Positions 20,070 to 29,348 are shown, counted from the stretch's first letter. The stretch: DNA of 52,489 bases from a virus (IMGVR_UViG_3300032242_002525:1-52489); one strand, 5' to 3'. Program-made: numbers and translations. Notes: a model not told the origin generated them from the letters alone.

Positions 20070-20790
20070 CCACCCCAAAACCAATTGTGAAATTGACTTC
20101 TTCTCCTGATGGGGCGATTACTTTTTGTGTCAAATCGACACCTGGTTTATTATCTCTAACGTATTTTCTAAAATCTTGTGAATCTTTAATTGGCATCTTT
20201 TCAATGAAATTTCTAAGATTCATAGGGTCTTTATTACCCGCAACAGATTTAATCATGAATTCAAGTCTTTTGGTAACAATTGGTGCAACACCAATACCAT
20301 TCCAACTTCTTTGAATTTCTTCCAATTCTCTTTCTTGTTTTTGGGTTAAGAAATTGAAGGTTATTTCAACATTAGATTTTTCCATCGTATATGGATAATC
20401 ACCATTTGGGTCGGCAACCAATGTAAAATCTTTATATGTTAAAGAACTTAAGTCAATTGTAGCTTCAAATTCTTTATCATCTTTAGGATCACTTAGGGTT
20501 ACTTTGTATTCAGTACCAAAAGCAGTATTTCTTAAAAATATTAAAATTGCTTGTTTATCTTCTTCCAATAATTCATCAACAGTAATATCCTTATCAAGAA
20601 TTTTTCTTTTAAGTAATTCTGTAACAATTTCACTTGTTTGAATAAGATTTGGTGATGATAATATATTCTCATCTGATGCCGTTAAATAGGCTATTTTCAA
20701 TGATTTCTTCTTACTTGTGTACATAATTCCTCTTGAAGGTAATTCAACAACGTCGTAAGCTATTGTGGGGTCTATTCTATATTCTTCCAT
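20041..20790 (-). CDS. Tail assembly chaperone / T4 gp26-like baseplate hub assembly protein
   Basis: VELPSRG.MY, LTASDENIL, DKQAILIFLRNTAFG.EY and a C-terminal FF; lies between tube and tape measure. Confidence 0.8.
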   Translation of the reverse strand: MEEYRIDPTIAYDVVELPSRGIMYTSKKKSLKIAYLTASDENILSSPNLIQTSEIVTELLKRKILDKDITVDELLEEDKQAILIFLRNTAFGTEYKVTLSDPKDDKEFEATIDLSSLTYKDFTLVADPNGDYPYTMEKSNVEITFNFLTQKQERELEEIQRSWNGIGVAPIVTKRLEFMIKSVAGNKDPMNLRNFIEKMPIKDSQDFRKYVRDNKPGVDLTQKVIAPSGEEVNFTIGFGVEFFRPFYGL

Positions 20791-20834
20791 AGTATAAGTT
20801 TATACTATAACTACGAGAAAGTAAAGAATTTAAA

Positions 20835-20870
20835 TAAAAAAACCGATACTCCTTTCAAAGAATATCGGTT
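20835..20870 (-). terminator. Rho-independent terminator after tail tube gene
   Basis: AACCGATA..TATCGGTT stem followed by a T-run on the minus strand. Confidence 0.75.
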
Positions 20871-20892
20871 TATATGAATAAAAATTATAATA

Positions 20893-21381
20893 TTAGTAAA
20901 CTTGAATACATCTATCCATTCTTAAAGTACATTGGATAGTTGCTAAATCTTCTCTACTGTAATCTAACTCTTGGAAGTTCAAATCAGTAATCCAAGCACC
21001 TTGGATAATCCATTTTTCAACAACCACACCTGTTGGATCAAGCATTTCTAACTCAATGTCTTTTTTGTAACCTGCTGCATATCCCATTCTACCTGTAACT
21101 GATTCAGCATGTAAACGGAACCATTCCATTAAAGCTTGAGAAGCTGAAGGACCAATTGGGTCTCTGAAAGTTATTCTCATTTCTTGCCATTCAAATCTAC
21201 CAGCTACATAAGTTGATGTATTTAAAAAAGGAATTGGAGTTGAGTTGATTTTAACACTAGGTCTAGCACCAGCACTTACGTACCATTCGTTAATTCCTAG
21301 AGAAGATGGGAAACGGAATATAAATCTGTTGACCCTTTTTGGTTCATATGGAACCGGCATTTTCATTAGTAAATCTGCCAT
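20893..21381 (-). CDS. Tail tube protein (T4 gp19-like)
   Basis: EPKRVNRF, YVAGRFEWQE..ITF, YKKDIELEMLDPTG..VEKW...GAW..L.FQELDY; downstream of the sheath. Confidence 0.92.
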   Translation of the reverse strand: MADLLMKMPVPYEPKRVNRFIFRFPSSLGINEWYVSAGARPSVKINSTPIPFLNTSTYVAGRFEWQEMRITFRDPIGPSASQALMEWFRLHAESVTGRMGYAAGYKKDIELEMLDPTGVVVEKWIIQGAWITDLNFQELDYSREDLATIQCTLRMDRCIQVY

Positions 21382-21657
21382 ATTGTGTTGTTTGTGTTTT
21401 AATTATTTATCTTCTTATAAATATATCAGTATTGTAAATAATTTTTTTTATCCCCAACTACTTGTTTTTGTCATTTTTTTTTCGTAGTTTTTTACAGACA
21501 CTAAAATCATTTAATTACTTCTATAATAAATACTATATACTACAAAATATCTAAATAATTAAAAATAAACCAATAAAATATAATAAAAATCTACTATTCG
21601 TAGAAGCCCATACTATATCTATTACTTAATAGAATAACCTATTTAACATAATGTAGT

Positions 21658-21673
21658 GTTTCCACGTGGAACA
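21658..21673. promoter_or_regulatory. parS-like palindrome
   Basis: GTTTCCACGTGGAACA; the reverse complement TGTTCCACGTGGAAAC matches the parS variant TGTTCCACGTGGAACA at 14/16, with a perfect 12-bp core TTCCACGTGGAA. Confidence 0.55.
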
Positions 21674-21677
21674 ATAA

Positions 21678-21710
21678 TAAAAAAAGGACTGATTTCTCAG
21701 CCCTTTTCCT
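21678..21710 (-). terminator. Rho-independent terminator after tail sheath gene
   Basis: Minus strand GGGCTGA-GAAA-TCAGTCC-TTTTTTT. Confidence 0.85.
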
Positions 21711-21731
21711 TTTAATATATCTCCTTTTAGA

Positions 21732-24191
21732 TTAGATATTTTCGAATGAAGCACCTGTTGGAGTGATTACGAATTCCAAATCAATGAATTCTAATGCTCT
21801 TGTAGGTTTAACGTATATTTTACCTCTCATTGTGTTTGCATCAATATCAGCAGGATCGCTAGATACTGTTACTTTAAAGTCATACAAACCTCTTTCTTTC
21901 TTAATTGAATCCAAAATTGGATTTACTAATCTTAAGAATTCTTGTCTAACTTGATCATCATTTTGTTCAAATAACAATCTTACAGCTACAGCAGAAATTA
22001 ACTTTCTAGCTTGTAATAACAATCTTCTTACGTTAATTCTATCCAATGCAGATTCTTTAACTTGAAGTGTTTTGTTACCCCAAATGATTGTACCTGTATC
22101 AGAGAAAGTTGCAATTGGGTTAATTCTATTTTTATATAATAAATCTCTATCGTCTAAAGTTAATTTCTTTTGAGCTTTAATAGCATTTACTAAACCTCTA
22201 GAATAACCTGCAGGAGCAAACCATGGATAAGCTACATTATCTGTTAATGCAATGTTCTTACATACTTCACCTGTTGGTGGAATATACAATTGAGTTGCAT
22301 TGTCAGTATCTCTTACTTGAATCCAAGGCCAGTATGTTGCAGAATAGTTACTATCAATAGAAGCAGTATCTAAATCATCAACAGCTGATTGAGCATCCAT
22401 TTCGTTTGGAGCACCAATGATGTATAATGAATCTGCTCTTTCATTTTCAATCATATCAATTGCTTGAGAAACTAATGAACTATTGTTTAAGAAATCTAAA
22501 CCTGGTGTAGCAAATAAGTTAATGTTTACTGCTTCAGGATTAGCAAATGTTTGAATACCTTTTAAGTAAGCATAATAATCAGAATTAGGAACATCAGAAT
22601 TAAATACACCAACTGTTGTACCTGAAACATATGTACTCTTACCATAAATGTATTGATCAGTATTAGTTTTTACATTTCTGTAGATATCCCAACCATCAAA
22701 ACCACCTGCTACTGTAAATGTGAATTTACGGTAGTTAATATTCAATAATGGGTTACTTGTAGAATCACCTGTTTGTCCTTCTAAATCATATGATGTTGTA
22801 TAGAATGCATAACCAGTTTCTGTATCACCTGTAATTGAACTAGCATTTGTAGATAAGTGGAAACCTGGTGTAACTGTTGTTGAGTTACCTTTGTATTTGA
22901 ATAAATCAGCATCATATTTGAATGTATCTTGAGTTGATAAACCAAGCATAACTTTTCTTACTTTATCACCATTTGATGTTACATCTTCCATAGTTACTGG
23001 ATCAACATAAATTGTTTCACCTGCATTAAAATATGATGTTTTGTAAACTACTGAACCTACTTTATGTCCAATATCACTTACATTAAAACCTTTGAAACCT
23101 GAAGGAATAGCATCAGTTGGAGCATTTAAAGCCATATTCAACATGATGTATTTAGAATTTAATGTGTATTCACCATCTGAAGTACCAACTTTAACTGCAA
23201 TATATCCAGGAACATCAGGGTTCATAGAACATCTTGAAAATCTTTCTAATATTACAATATTATCATCAGTATCATAGAAATCACGAACTACTAAATCAAA
23301 TTCACCTGTGTTCACATCAATGTTTTGAATAGTAATTTTAATTTGTTTGTTTGCTGCATCACCATCAGCTATAGAAATAACGTTGAATAAATCTTGTACT
23401 TTACCACCACGTACTTCAGAAACCACCATTGGTGAAGACGTCGTATCCCATTGATTTAAGAAATTATCACCTTCACTATTAACAACTTCGTTAATACTTA
23501 AACCTGATATATAACCTTGACGATATAATGATAATAATAAATTAGGATAAGCTTCATTTACATAAATTGGAAAATCTGCATGGTTCATATCATAAACTCC
23601 AGTACCCAACACTTTAGTGATGTATTTGCTTGAAGTTTGATCCATAGTACATGTGAATACTTTAGAACCACCTGTTTTACCAGTAACATGAATGTCAAAT
23701 TCAGCTAAAGGATTACTTTGTAAAGTTGTACCTGTTGCAATTGCAAATTGTGTGTTACCTGTTACTTCAAAAGTTAATGTTTGACCGCTATAAAATCCTC
23801 TTGATCTGAAAGAAGCTACAACAATACCATCAAAACCAGTGTTACCTGATGTTGCGATTGTTTTAATTGCATATGTTTTACCTGCTTTATAACCTGTCAA
23901 ACCTAATACTCTTGTTACAAATAATTGATTTGATTGTTGCAAATAAGATTTTGCTACATAAGGTAATTCATACTTTGGATTACCGGCACCATCTTTTTCA
24001 GGTGAAGTTGCACCAAAATATGTTTTATATTCATCGTAATTACTTACTAAAATTGGTTCGAAAGCTGGTCCTTGTAAAGTTTCACCAACTACTCCCAATG
24101 TTGTAACTCCGACACTTTGTGCTACGAATGTTAAGTCTAATTCAGATGTGTAAACACCTGGAGAGACGAATACTTTGTTTTGAGTTGCCAT
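21732..24191 (-). CDS. Tail sheath protein
   Basis: VSPGVYTSELD N-terminus; YWPWI, WFAPAG..RG, INPIATF..G..IWGNKTL, DRINVRRLL, FEQND and KPTRALEFI motifs. Confidence 0.96.
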   Translation of the reverse strand: MATQNKVFVSPGVYTSELDLTFVAQSVGVTTLGVVGETLQGPAFEPILVSNYDEYKTYFGATSPEKDGAGNPKYELPYVAKSYLQQSNQLFVTRVLGLTGYKAGKTYAIKTIATSGNTGFDGIVVASFRSRGFYSGQTLTFEVTGNTQFAIATGTTLQSNPLAEFDIHVTGKTGGSKVFTCTMDQTSSKYITKVLGTGVYDMNHADFPIYVNEAYPNLLLSLYRQGYISGLSINEVVNSEGDNFLNQWDTTSSPMVVSEVRGGKVQDLFNVISIADGDAANKQIKITIQNIDVNTGEFDLVVRDFYDTDDNIVILERFSRCSMNPDVPGYIAVKVGTSDGEYTLNSKYIMLNMALNAPTDAIPSGFKGFNVSDIGHKVGSVVYKTSYFNAGETIYVDPVTMEDVTSNGDKVRKVMLGLSTQDTFKYDADLFKYKGNSTTVTPGFHLSTNASSITGDTETGYAFYTTSYDLEGQTGDSTSNPLLNINYRKFTFTVAGGFDGWDIYRNVKTNTDQYIYGKSTYVSGTTVGVFNSDVPNSDYYAYLKGIQTFANPEAVNINLFATPGLDFLNNSSLVSQAIDMIENERADSLYIIGAPNEMDAQSAVDDLDTASIDSNYSATYWPWIQVRDTDNATQLYIPPTGEVCKNIALTDNVAYPWFAPAGYSRGLVNAIKAQKKLTLDDRDLLYKNRINPIATFSDTGTIIWGNKTLQVKESALDRINVRRLLLQARKLISAVAVRLLFEQNDDQVRQEFLRLVNPILDSIKKERGLYDFKVTVSSDPADIDANTMRGKIYVKPTRALEFIDLEFVITPTGASFENI

Positions 24192-24228
24192 TTAAAATGT
24201 TTAATTAATTTTTTTTATTACTTATCTT

Positions 24229-24303
24229 ATAAATATCTTTGTTTTTATCAAAGATTTCGGGGTTTTTCTTAAAAAGATAGTTATTTATCTTTTAATATCT
24301 TTT
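24229..24303. promoter_or_regulatory. Divergent late-promoter region with inverted repeats (candidate operator)
   Basis: TATTTAT on both strands (24229-35 minus, 24282-88 plus); inverted repeats ATCTTTG-7-CAAAGAT (24235-55) and AAAAGATA-6-TATCTTTT (24272-93). Confidence 0.45.
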
Positions 24304-24306
24304 ACC

Positions 24307-24465
24307 ATGAAAAACGAACAGAAAAATGTAAAAATTGGCGCTAAGCACCATGAAATGTTAAAAAACCATTGTGATAAAAATGGATTAAAAATCTACAAAG
24401 TTTTAGAAAAATTTATAGAAGAATTTTGTAAACCGAAAAAAAAGGATATATATGGTGAATCTTAA
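24307..24465 (+). CDS. Unannotated small ribbon-helix-helix-like DNA-binding protein
   Basis: Translated by hand: MKNEQKNVKIGAKHHEMLKNHCDKNGLKIYKVLEKFIEEFCKPKKKDIYGES*. Shows a beta-strand KNVKI plus two helices with a G turn; TATTTAT upstream. Confidence 0.7.
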   Translation: MKNEQKNVKIGAKHHEMLKNHCDKNGLKIYKVLEKFIEEFCKPKKKDIYGES

Positions 24466-25694
24466 TACAAATAAGTAATACCAATTTTTGATCCTAAACC
24501 TGGTGCACCTGTCAAAGTAATGTCTTGTGGGCCAGTTATCATATAGCCTCTACCTTCATCTTCAACAAGACCATTGATATCAAATGTAACAACACTGTTT
24601 ATAATTTGATTTACATGGAAGGTTAAATTACCTTCAAATATATAATTTTCAGTTGTTGTGTTTACAAGTGTACCAAAATTATCAACAAGCATCTTAGTTT
24701 GACCCTTGTAATATGTAATTGTTACAACACTACCTTCTAATGGCGGGCTGTCAAAAGTTATTCTAGGTGAAAATGGTATAAAATAATAATCTACGTTTCT
24801 TTCTTGTAATAAACCATTTATTGCAACACTAAATAAAGTACCGATAGGTTCACCAACACTAAAGATAGTTTGTGTACCATCCGCAATAAAATTAACAACT
24901 GTAATGTTGATATATTTGTTAGTATAGTGTTTTGTGTAATTGTTTCCTTTTATAAACTCATTCATCAAGAAAAATCTACTAATAGCAGGTTTTACCTCAA
25001 ATTCATCGCTATCAATTAAAAAACCAAGCATGATGAAAGTATAATTTTGGATATAGAATCTACGACCGTCCAATGTATCCATTGGTGTATTATCTTCAAT
25101 TCTATCGAGAATTATAGGAATATAATGACCTTTAACTTGTGTATAATCTTGTCTAGACGCAAACCTTTGAAGAACAATTTTATTAAATCTATTAAGATCT
25201 CTAAATTTATTACACACAATCGTTACCTCAAAAGTAATGTCAACAGGAACTGGTTGCGGAATTTTGTATATATCGGCACCCATTTGAGTTCCATTCCAAG
25301 TTGGTACTGAAGAATAAAAGAATTGGTGTCTGTCAGGAACAGTTCTTTGTATGGAAGGATTTGTACCTGGTTGAACATCCGGTTTTCTAATTGTTACAAT
25401 AAAAGGTAGTTGTGTATTACCATCATCATCAGCAAATTCCCAATTGTTTGAAAATTCGCCCCATCTTTGGACAGTTAATATCTTATCAACAACAGGAACT
25501 GTTTTACCATCGGAAACAATAACAAAGTTTTTCTTTACATAATCAAGCATACCTTTATCAAGATCGTCATGTAATATGGAATCTGGTAAATAGGTATCGT
25601 TTTTTGTTATATCATCAAGTAACTCTTGGCGTCTAGCTGTAAGTTCCTTTTCATGATATATTTGAATATTATTTTTTCTTTTAGGTATTGGCAT
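24462..25694 (-). CDS. Neck/tail-completion protein (gp15-like) with two C-terminal beta-sandwich repeats
   Basis: LPFIVTIR..PVPVDITFEVTI; repeats F..DGTQTIF..INGLLQ..DY..ITF..PP..GS.V.ITY. Confidence 0.65.
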   Translation of the reverse strand: MPIPKRKNNIQIYHEKELTARRQELLDDITKNDTYLPDSILHDDLDKGMLDYVKKNFVIVSDGKTVPVVDKILTVQRWGEFSNNWEFADDDGNTQLPFIVTIRKPDVQPGTNPSIQRTVPDRHQFFYSSVPTWNGTQMGADIYKIPQPVPVDITFEVTIVCNKFRDLNRFNKIVLQRFASRQDYTQVKGHYIPIILDRIEDNTPMDTLDGRRFYIQNYTFIMLGFLIDSDEFEVKPAISRFFLMNEFIKGNNYTKHYTNKYINITVVNFIADGTQTIFSVGEPIGTLFSVAINGLLQERNVDYYFIPFSPRITFDSPPLEGSVVTITYYKGQTKMLVDNFGTLVNTTTENYIFEGNLTFHVNQIINSVVTFDINGLVEDEGRGYMITGPQDITLTGAPGLGSKIGITYLY

Positions 25695-25697
25695 AGC

Positions 25698-26207
25698 TTA
25701 AATTCCTCTAAATTCACCCTCTTGAGCAATTGCACAAGTTATTGTTCTGTAAAATGGTTTATAGCCCCACATATTGTGTTTGTTATCTGTAACCACCTTA
25801 CCATCGTTTATTACGGTATAATATCTAGTTCTATCTTCTGTTTCAGGATAACCAATAAAGTCACCATATCTAATATCTATCTTCAAATCCTCTAGTTGTT
25901 TTAGATAAACCTGCAATGTTAAATTTCCTGGTTCATTGTAACGCATTAAACCATTTTTATATGATTTGTTACTTGGTGCGTCCACTTTTACAATAGCATT
26001 AAACTCAACGGGTGGAAAATATCTAATTTCATCAGCACCCACTTCAGCATAAACACTGTCATTTTCAGTTTTACTTCTATCAACTCGATATAAAACAAGT
26101 TTCATGTTAAGGTCACCCAACATGTATTCTGACCCAATTTGTATGTTCAAATCGAAGTCGTCTTGTCCGAAAAATTTGGAAATTCTAGTTATAGGTAATT
26201 TGGCCAT
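25698..26207 (-). CDS. Head completion/neck protein (gp14-like)
   Basis: VLYRVD..DSVYAE..PPVEF..YLKQLEDL.I..GDFI pattern; adjacent to the gp15-like gene. Confidence 0.65.
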   Translation of the reverse strand: MAKLPITRISKFFGQDDFDLNIQIGSEYMLGDLNMKLVLYRVDRSKTENDSVYAEVGADEIRYFPPVEFNAIVKVDAPSNKSYKNGLMRYNEPGNLTLQVYLKQLEDLKIDIRYGDFIGYPETEDRTRYYTVINDGKVVTDNKHNMWGYKPFYRTITCAIAQEGEFRGI

Positions 26208-26265
26208 ATTGTAATAAATAGTTTAGTTTTTTATTCTAATTACTTATATTATACTAATATTTAAG

Positions 26266-28008
26266 ATGATACCAGAAATTGAAGCAAGAGAAATATTGGA
26301 AACCTATGAAGGAGGTAACAATTATTTACTAGAATTTAAAAGAAAATTTATTGACGTTAAGAATTTTAAACTTACACGTCCACAGGCGGAGTATGTTTTA
26401 AAATATAAAGATGTTACACCAAAAGTGGCTAAAAAGTACATTAAAATTGTTAACACATTTGCTGAAAAAATAATGGAAGAACGCTTGTTAGTTAAACCAT
26501 TGGAACAAATTTGGTGCGAAAAGCTATTATGTGAATCTGATAAAGCTTACCATATTTGGGGTAGATATTTTGAATCGGAGCAAATGAATGCATTTTGGTT
26601 ACCTAAAGCAGCTATTGTTCAACCGGAAAAAAAATTAAATAGAGTTATTGATTATACACCATATAATTCTAGACCACCATTGGATCATCAAAAAATAGCG
26701 ATTGAAAAATTACTAGCAAATGATAAGTTTATTCTTGCTGATGATATGGGATTGGGTAAGACGACGTCGGCAGTCATAGCTTCTTTAGAAAGCGGAGCTA
26801 AAAAGGTTTTAATTGTGTGTCCTGCATCATTAAAGATCAATTGGGAGCGTGAAATTAAGAATTACACAGATAGACGTGTTTTGATAATTGAAGGTCGTAA
26901 ATGGGGTTCTACGTTCGATTTTTACATTATCAATTATGATATTATTAAAAATTATCATACAACTGATAAATCAGAAGATAGTGACGATTATAAATTATTA
27001 GTAAACGCGGGATTTGATTTAGCTATTGTGGATGAAGCACATTATATTTCAAATAACACAGCAAATAGAACACGTTTATTAAATGATGTTTTAGAACAAA
27101 TACCTAAAGTGTGGTTATTAACCGGTACACCAATGACATCAAGACCAATCAATTATTTTAATTTATTAAAAATTGTGGATTCACCTTTAACATTGAATTG
27201 GCAATCTTATGTACGTAGATATTGTAAAGGATTTCAATTTAGTGTTGGTAATAGAAAAGTATGGAATACAAGCGGAGCAAGTAATTTAGATGAATTACGT
27301 GAGAGAACTAAGAATGTTGTGCTTCGTAGAATGAAAACGGATATTTTAGATTTACCCGAAAAAATTATTACCCCAATCTTTGTTGAATTAACTAGTAAAA
27401 TGTATGATGAAGAATTGGAAGAATTTACAAGAATTAGTAAAGAGAATAAGGAAAACGAAACAATATCTGTTACGTTAAATCGTTTAATGAAAGTTCGTCA
27501 ATTAATTTCATATGAAAAAATATCATATACCTGTGAATTGATTGATCGATGTATTGACCAAGGAAAAAAAGTTATTGTGTTTACGAATTTTACAATGACT
27601 TTGGATATGTTACATGAAAAATATAAAAAGAATTCTGTTGTAGTCGATGGTCGTATGTCTAAAGATAGGAGGCAAGAATCGGTTGATAGGTTCCAAAAAG
27701 AAGATAAGATTAAAATATTCATAGGTAACATTAAAGCTGCAGGTGTTGGTTTAACATTGACTGCTGCAGAAGTTGTTATAATGAATGATTTATCGTTTGT
27801 TCCTGCTGATCATTCACAAGCAGAAGATAGAGCTTATAGATATGGTCAAACTAAAGGTGTTCTTGTTTATTACCCAATATTTGATAATACGGTAGAAAGA
27901 ATAATCTATAACATCCTTCAAAAGAAGAAGAATAATATTGATCAAGTTATGGGTGACGGAGAATATTCACAATCATTTAGTAGTGACCTGATCAAGGAAC
28001 TTTTGTAA
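26266..28008 (+). CDS. SNF2-family (SMARCAL1/HARP-like) helicase
   Basis: LADDMGLGKT, VCPASLKINW, VDEAH, LLTGTP, LRRMK, GVGLTL and QAEDRAYRYGQ motifs. Confidence 0.93.
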   Translation: MIPEIEAREILETYEGGNNYLLEFKRKFIDVKNFKLTRPQAEYVLKYKDVTPKVAKKYIKIVNTFAEKIMEERLLVKPLEQIWCEKLLCESDKAYHIWGRYFESEQMNAFWLPKAAIVQPEKKLNRVIDYTPYNSRPPLDHQKIAIEKLLANDKFILADDMGLGKTTSAVIASLESGAKKVLIVCPASLKINWEREIKNYTDRRVLIIEGRKWGSTFDFYIINYDIIKNYHTTDKSEDSDDYKLLVNAGFDLAIVDEAHYISNNTANRTRLLNDVLEQIPKVWLLTGTPMTSRPINYFNLLKIVDSPLTLNWQSYVRRYCKGFQFSVGNRKVWNTSGASNLDELRERTKNVVLRRMKTDILDLPEKIITPIFVELTSKMYDEELEEFTRISKENKENETISVTLNRLMKVRQLISYEKISYTCELIDRCIDQGKKVIVFTNFTMTLDMLHEKYKKNSVVVDGRMSKDRRQESVDRFQKEDKIKIFIGNIKAAGVGLTLTAAEVVIMNDLSFVPADHSQAEDRAYRYGQTKGVLVYYPIFDNTVERIIYNILQKKKNNIDQVMGDGEYSQSFSSDLIKELL

Positions 28009-28194
28009 ATCCCTTTTCAAATCATTTAAAATAACATCTAAAACCTCATCTGTTGGATCACCGATGGATACTGTGATAATTCTATTATCCGTATCTAAGG
28101 TAGCCACGTTTTCTAAGGTTTCAGTGTTTTTATACCTGAATTCAAAGTTATTTTTACCGCCTAACTCAAAAAGTTCTAATAATGGTTTGTTCAT
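27973..28194 (-). CDS. Small hypothetical protein
   Basis: 73-aa ORF filling the gap, preceded by TATATTTG (Bacteroidota -7 consensus TAnnTTTG). Confidence 0.6.
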   Translation of the reverse strand: MNKPLLELFELGGKNNFEFRYKNTETLENVATLDTDNRIITVSIGDPTDEVLDVILNDLKRDLQKFLDQVTTK

Positions 28195-28232
28195 ATAATC
28201 AAATATAAGAAAAAATCAAATATTTATCAAAT

Positions 28233-29348
28233 ATGAGCGAAATAATTTCACCAACAGATAGAGACAAATTATATACCCAGGTATTTCACCTTTTGGGTAT
28301 GCCTGTTAGAGGCATTGAATTGACTGAAGAGCAAATGGATACATTCCTAGAGCTTTCTTTGTCAGAATATGAACAATACGTAAATGATTGGTTAATTGAA
28401 TCACAATGGTCCTCATTAGCGGGACTTAACGTTGATACTCAATCATTATCTAGAGCATTTACAACTAGAAGCTTAGATTATGAAACCCAATTTACATACT
28501 CATATTCTAAAATTGTGGGTTTACAAGCGGGTGGTGATTGGGAACTTAAAAAGGATTATTTCGATTTGGTTAATAATCAGCAAGTTTATGAAATTCCTGC
28601 TGGTCGTGAAATTAACGAATTATTATGGTTTACACGCGCGACATTAACAGATTCAATTGTTGACCCTTTCTTGGGTGGATTTGGTGGTCTTGGTGGTGTT
28701 GGATTTGGTGGTGTGGGTGGTTTTGCTCAAGTTGGAACATCAGGTTCTTACTTTATGCTTCCTGCATATGATCTTTTATTAAGAATGGGTGATAGAAACT
28801 TAAAAAACCGTATGATTGGTGGTGATTTAACATATAGAATCACAGCAGGTCCTGAAGGTAAAAAATTGATTCACTTATTAAATGTTCCAGGTGGTAGATA
28901 TGATTTTGGTTCAACACAAAACAATAACCAAAGAGTTTGGTATTGGTATTATGATACAATGGATAGAGATAGTTGTTTAAAAGCTAACCAAGATGTAATT
29001 AAATTACCATCTGATGTTATGACTGATACATTATCTTGGGATAAATTAAATAGCCCATCACAAAACTGGGTTAGAAAATATCTTATTGCATATTCAAAAG
29101 AAGGTTTAGGAAGAATTTGGGGTAAATTTTCAGGTGATATTCAAGTTCCTGATAATGCCGTTAAATTGGATTACCAATCTTTAATCACTGAAGCAAAAGA
29201 TGAGAAATCTAAATTGGTTGAGGAGCTTATGGCTCGTTTAGAAAGATTACGTCCAGACAAATTACTTGAAAGAAAAGCAGGTGAAGCGGATAATCTTAAC
29301 AAATCACTTAAATTTAGAGCTATGCCTTCACAAATTATAGTAATTTAA
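28233..29348 (+). CDS. Neck/head-tail adaptor protein (T4 gp13-like)
   Basis: LG.PV..IELTEEQ, WVRKY..A..KE.LGRIWGKF, and a closing L..EA..EK..L..EL helix. Confidence 0.85.
   Translation: MSEIISPTDRDKLYTQVFHLLGMPVRGIELTEEQMDTFLELSLSEYEQYVNDWLIESQWSSLAGLNVDTQSLSRAFTTRSLDYETQFTYSYSKIVGLQAGGDWELKKDYFDLVNNQQVYEIPAGREINELLWFTRATLTDSIVDPFLGGFGGLGGVGFGGVGGFAQVGTSGSYFMLPAYDLLLRMGDRNLKNRMIGGDLTYRITAGPEGKKLIHLLNVPGGRYDFGSTQNNNQRVWYWYYDTMDRDSCLKANQDVIKLPSDVMTDTLSWDKLNSPSQNWVRKYLIAYSKEGLGRIWGKFSGDIQVPDNAVKLDYQSLITEAKDEKSKLVEELMARLERLRPDKLLERKAGEADNLNKSLKFRAMPSQIIVI

Larger units (their letters stand above)
21382..21731. other. Largest non-coding spacer; extremely AT-rich, origin-like
   Basis: About 350 bp with no credible ORF. 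Contains small hairpins, a parS-like palindrome, a XerD-arm match and promoter-like motifs. Confidence 0.4.

Noticed and set aside
21641-21668. Complete canonical dif site
   Set aside because: Only the XerD arm matches; the XerC-arm position (CACGTGGAAAC) lacks the conserved inner ATAA. It is reported only as a half-site observation.
21382-21731. tRNA or other known structured RNA in the long spacer
   Set aside because: No cloverleaf or T-loop GTTCRA motif, and GC content is too low for a recognisable family.
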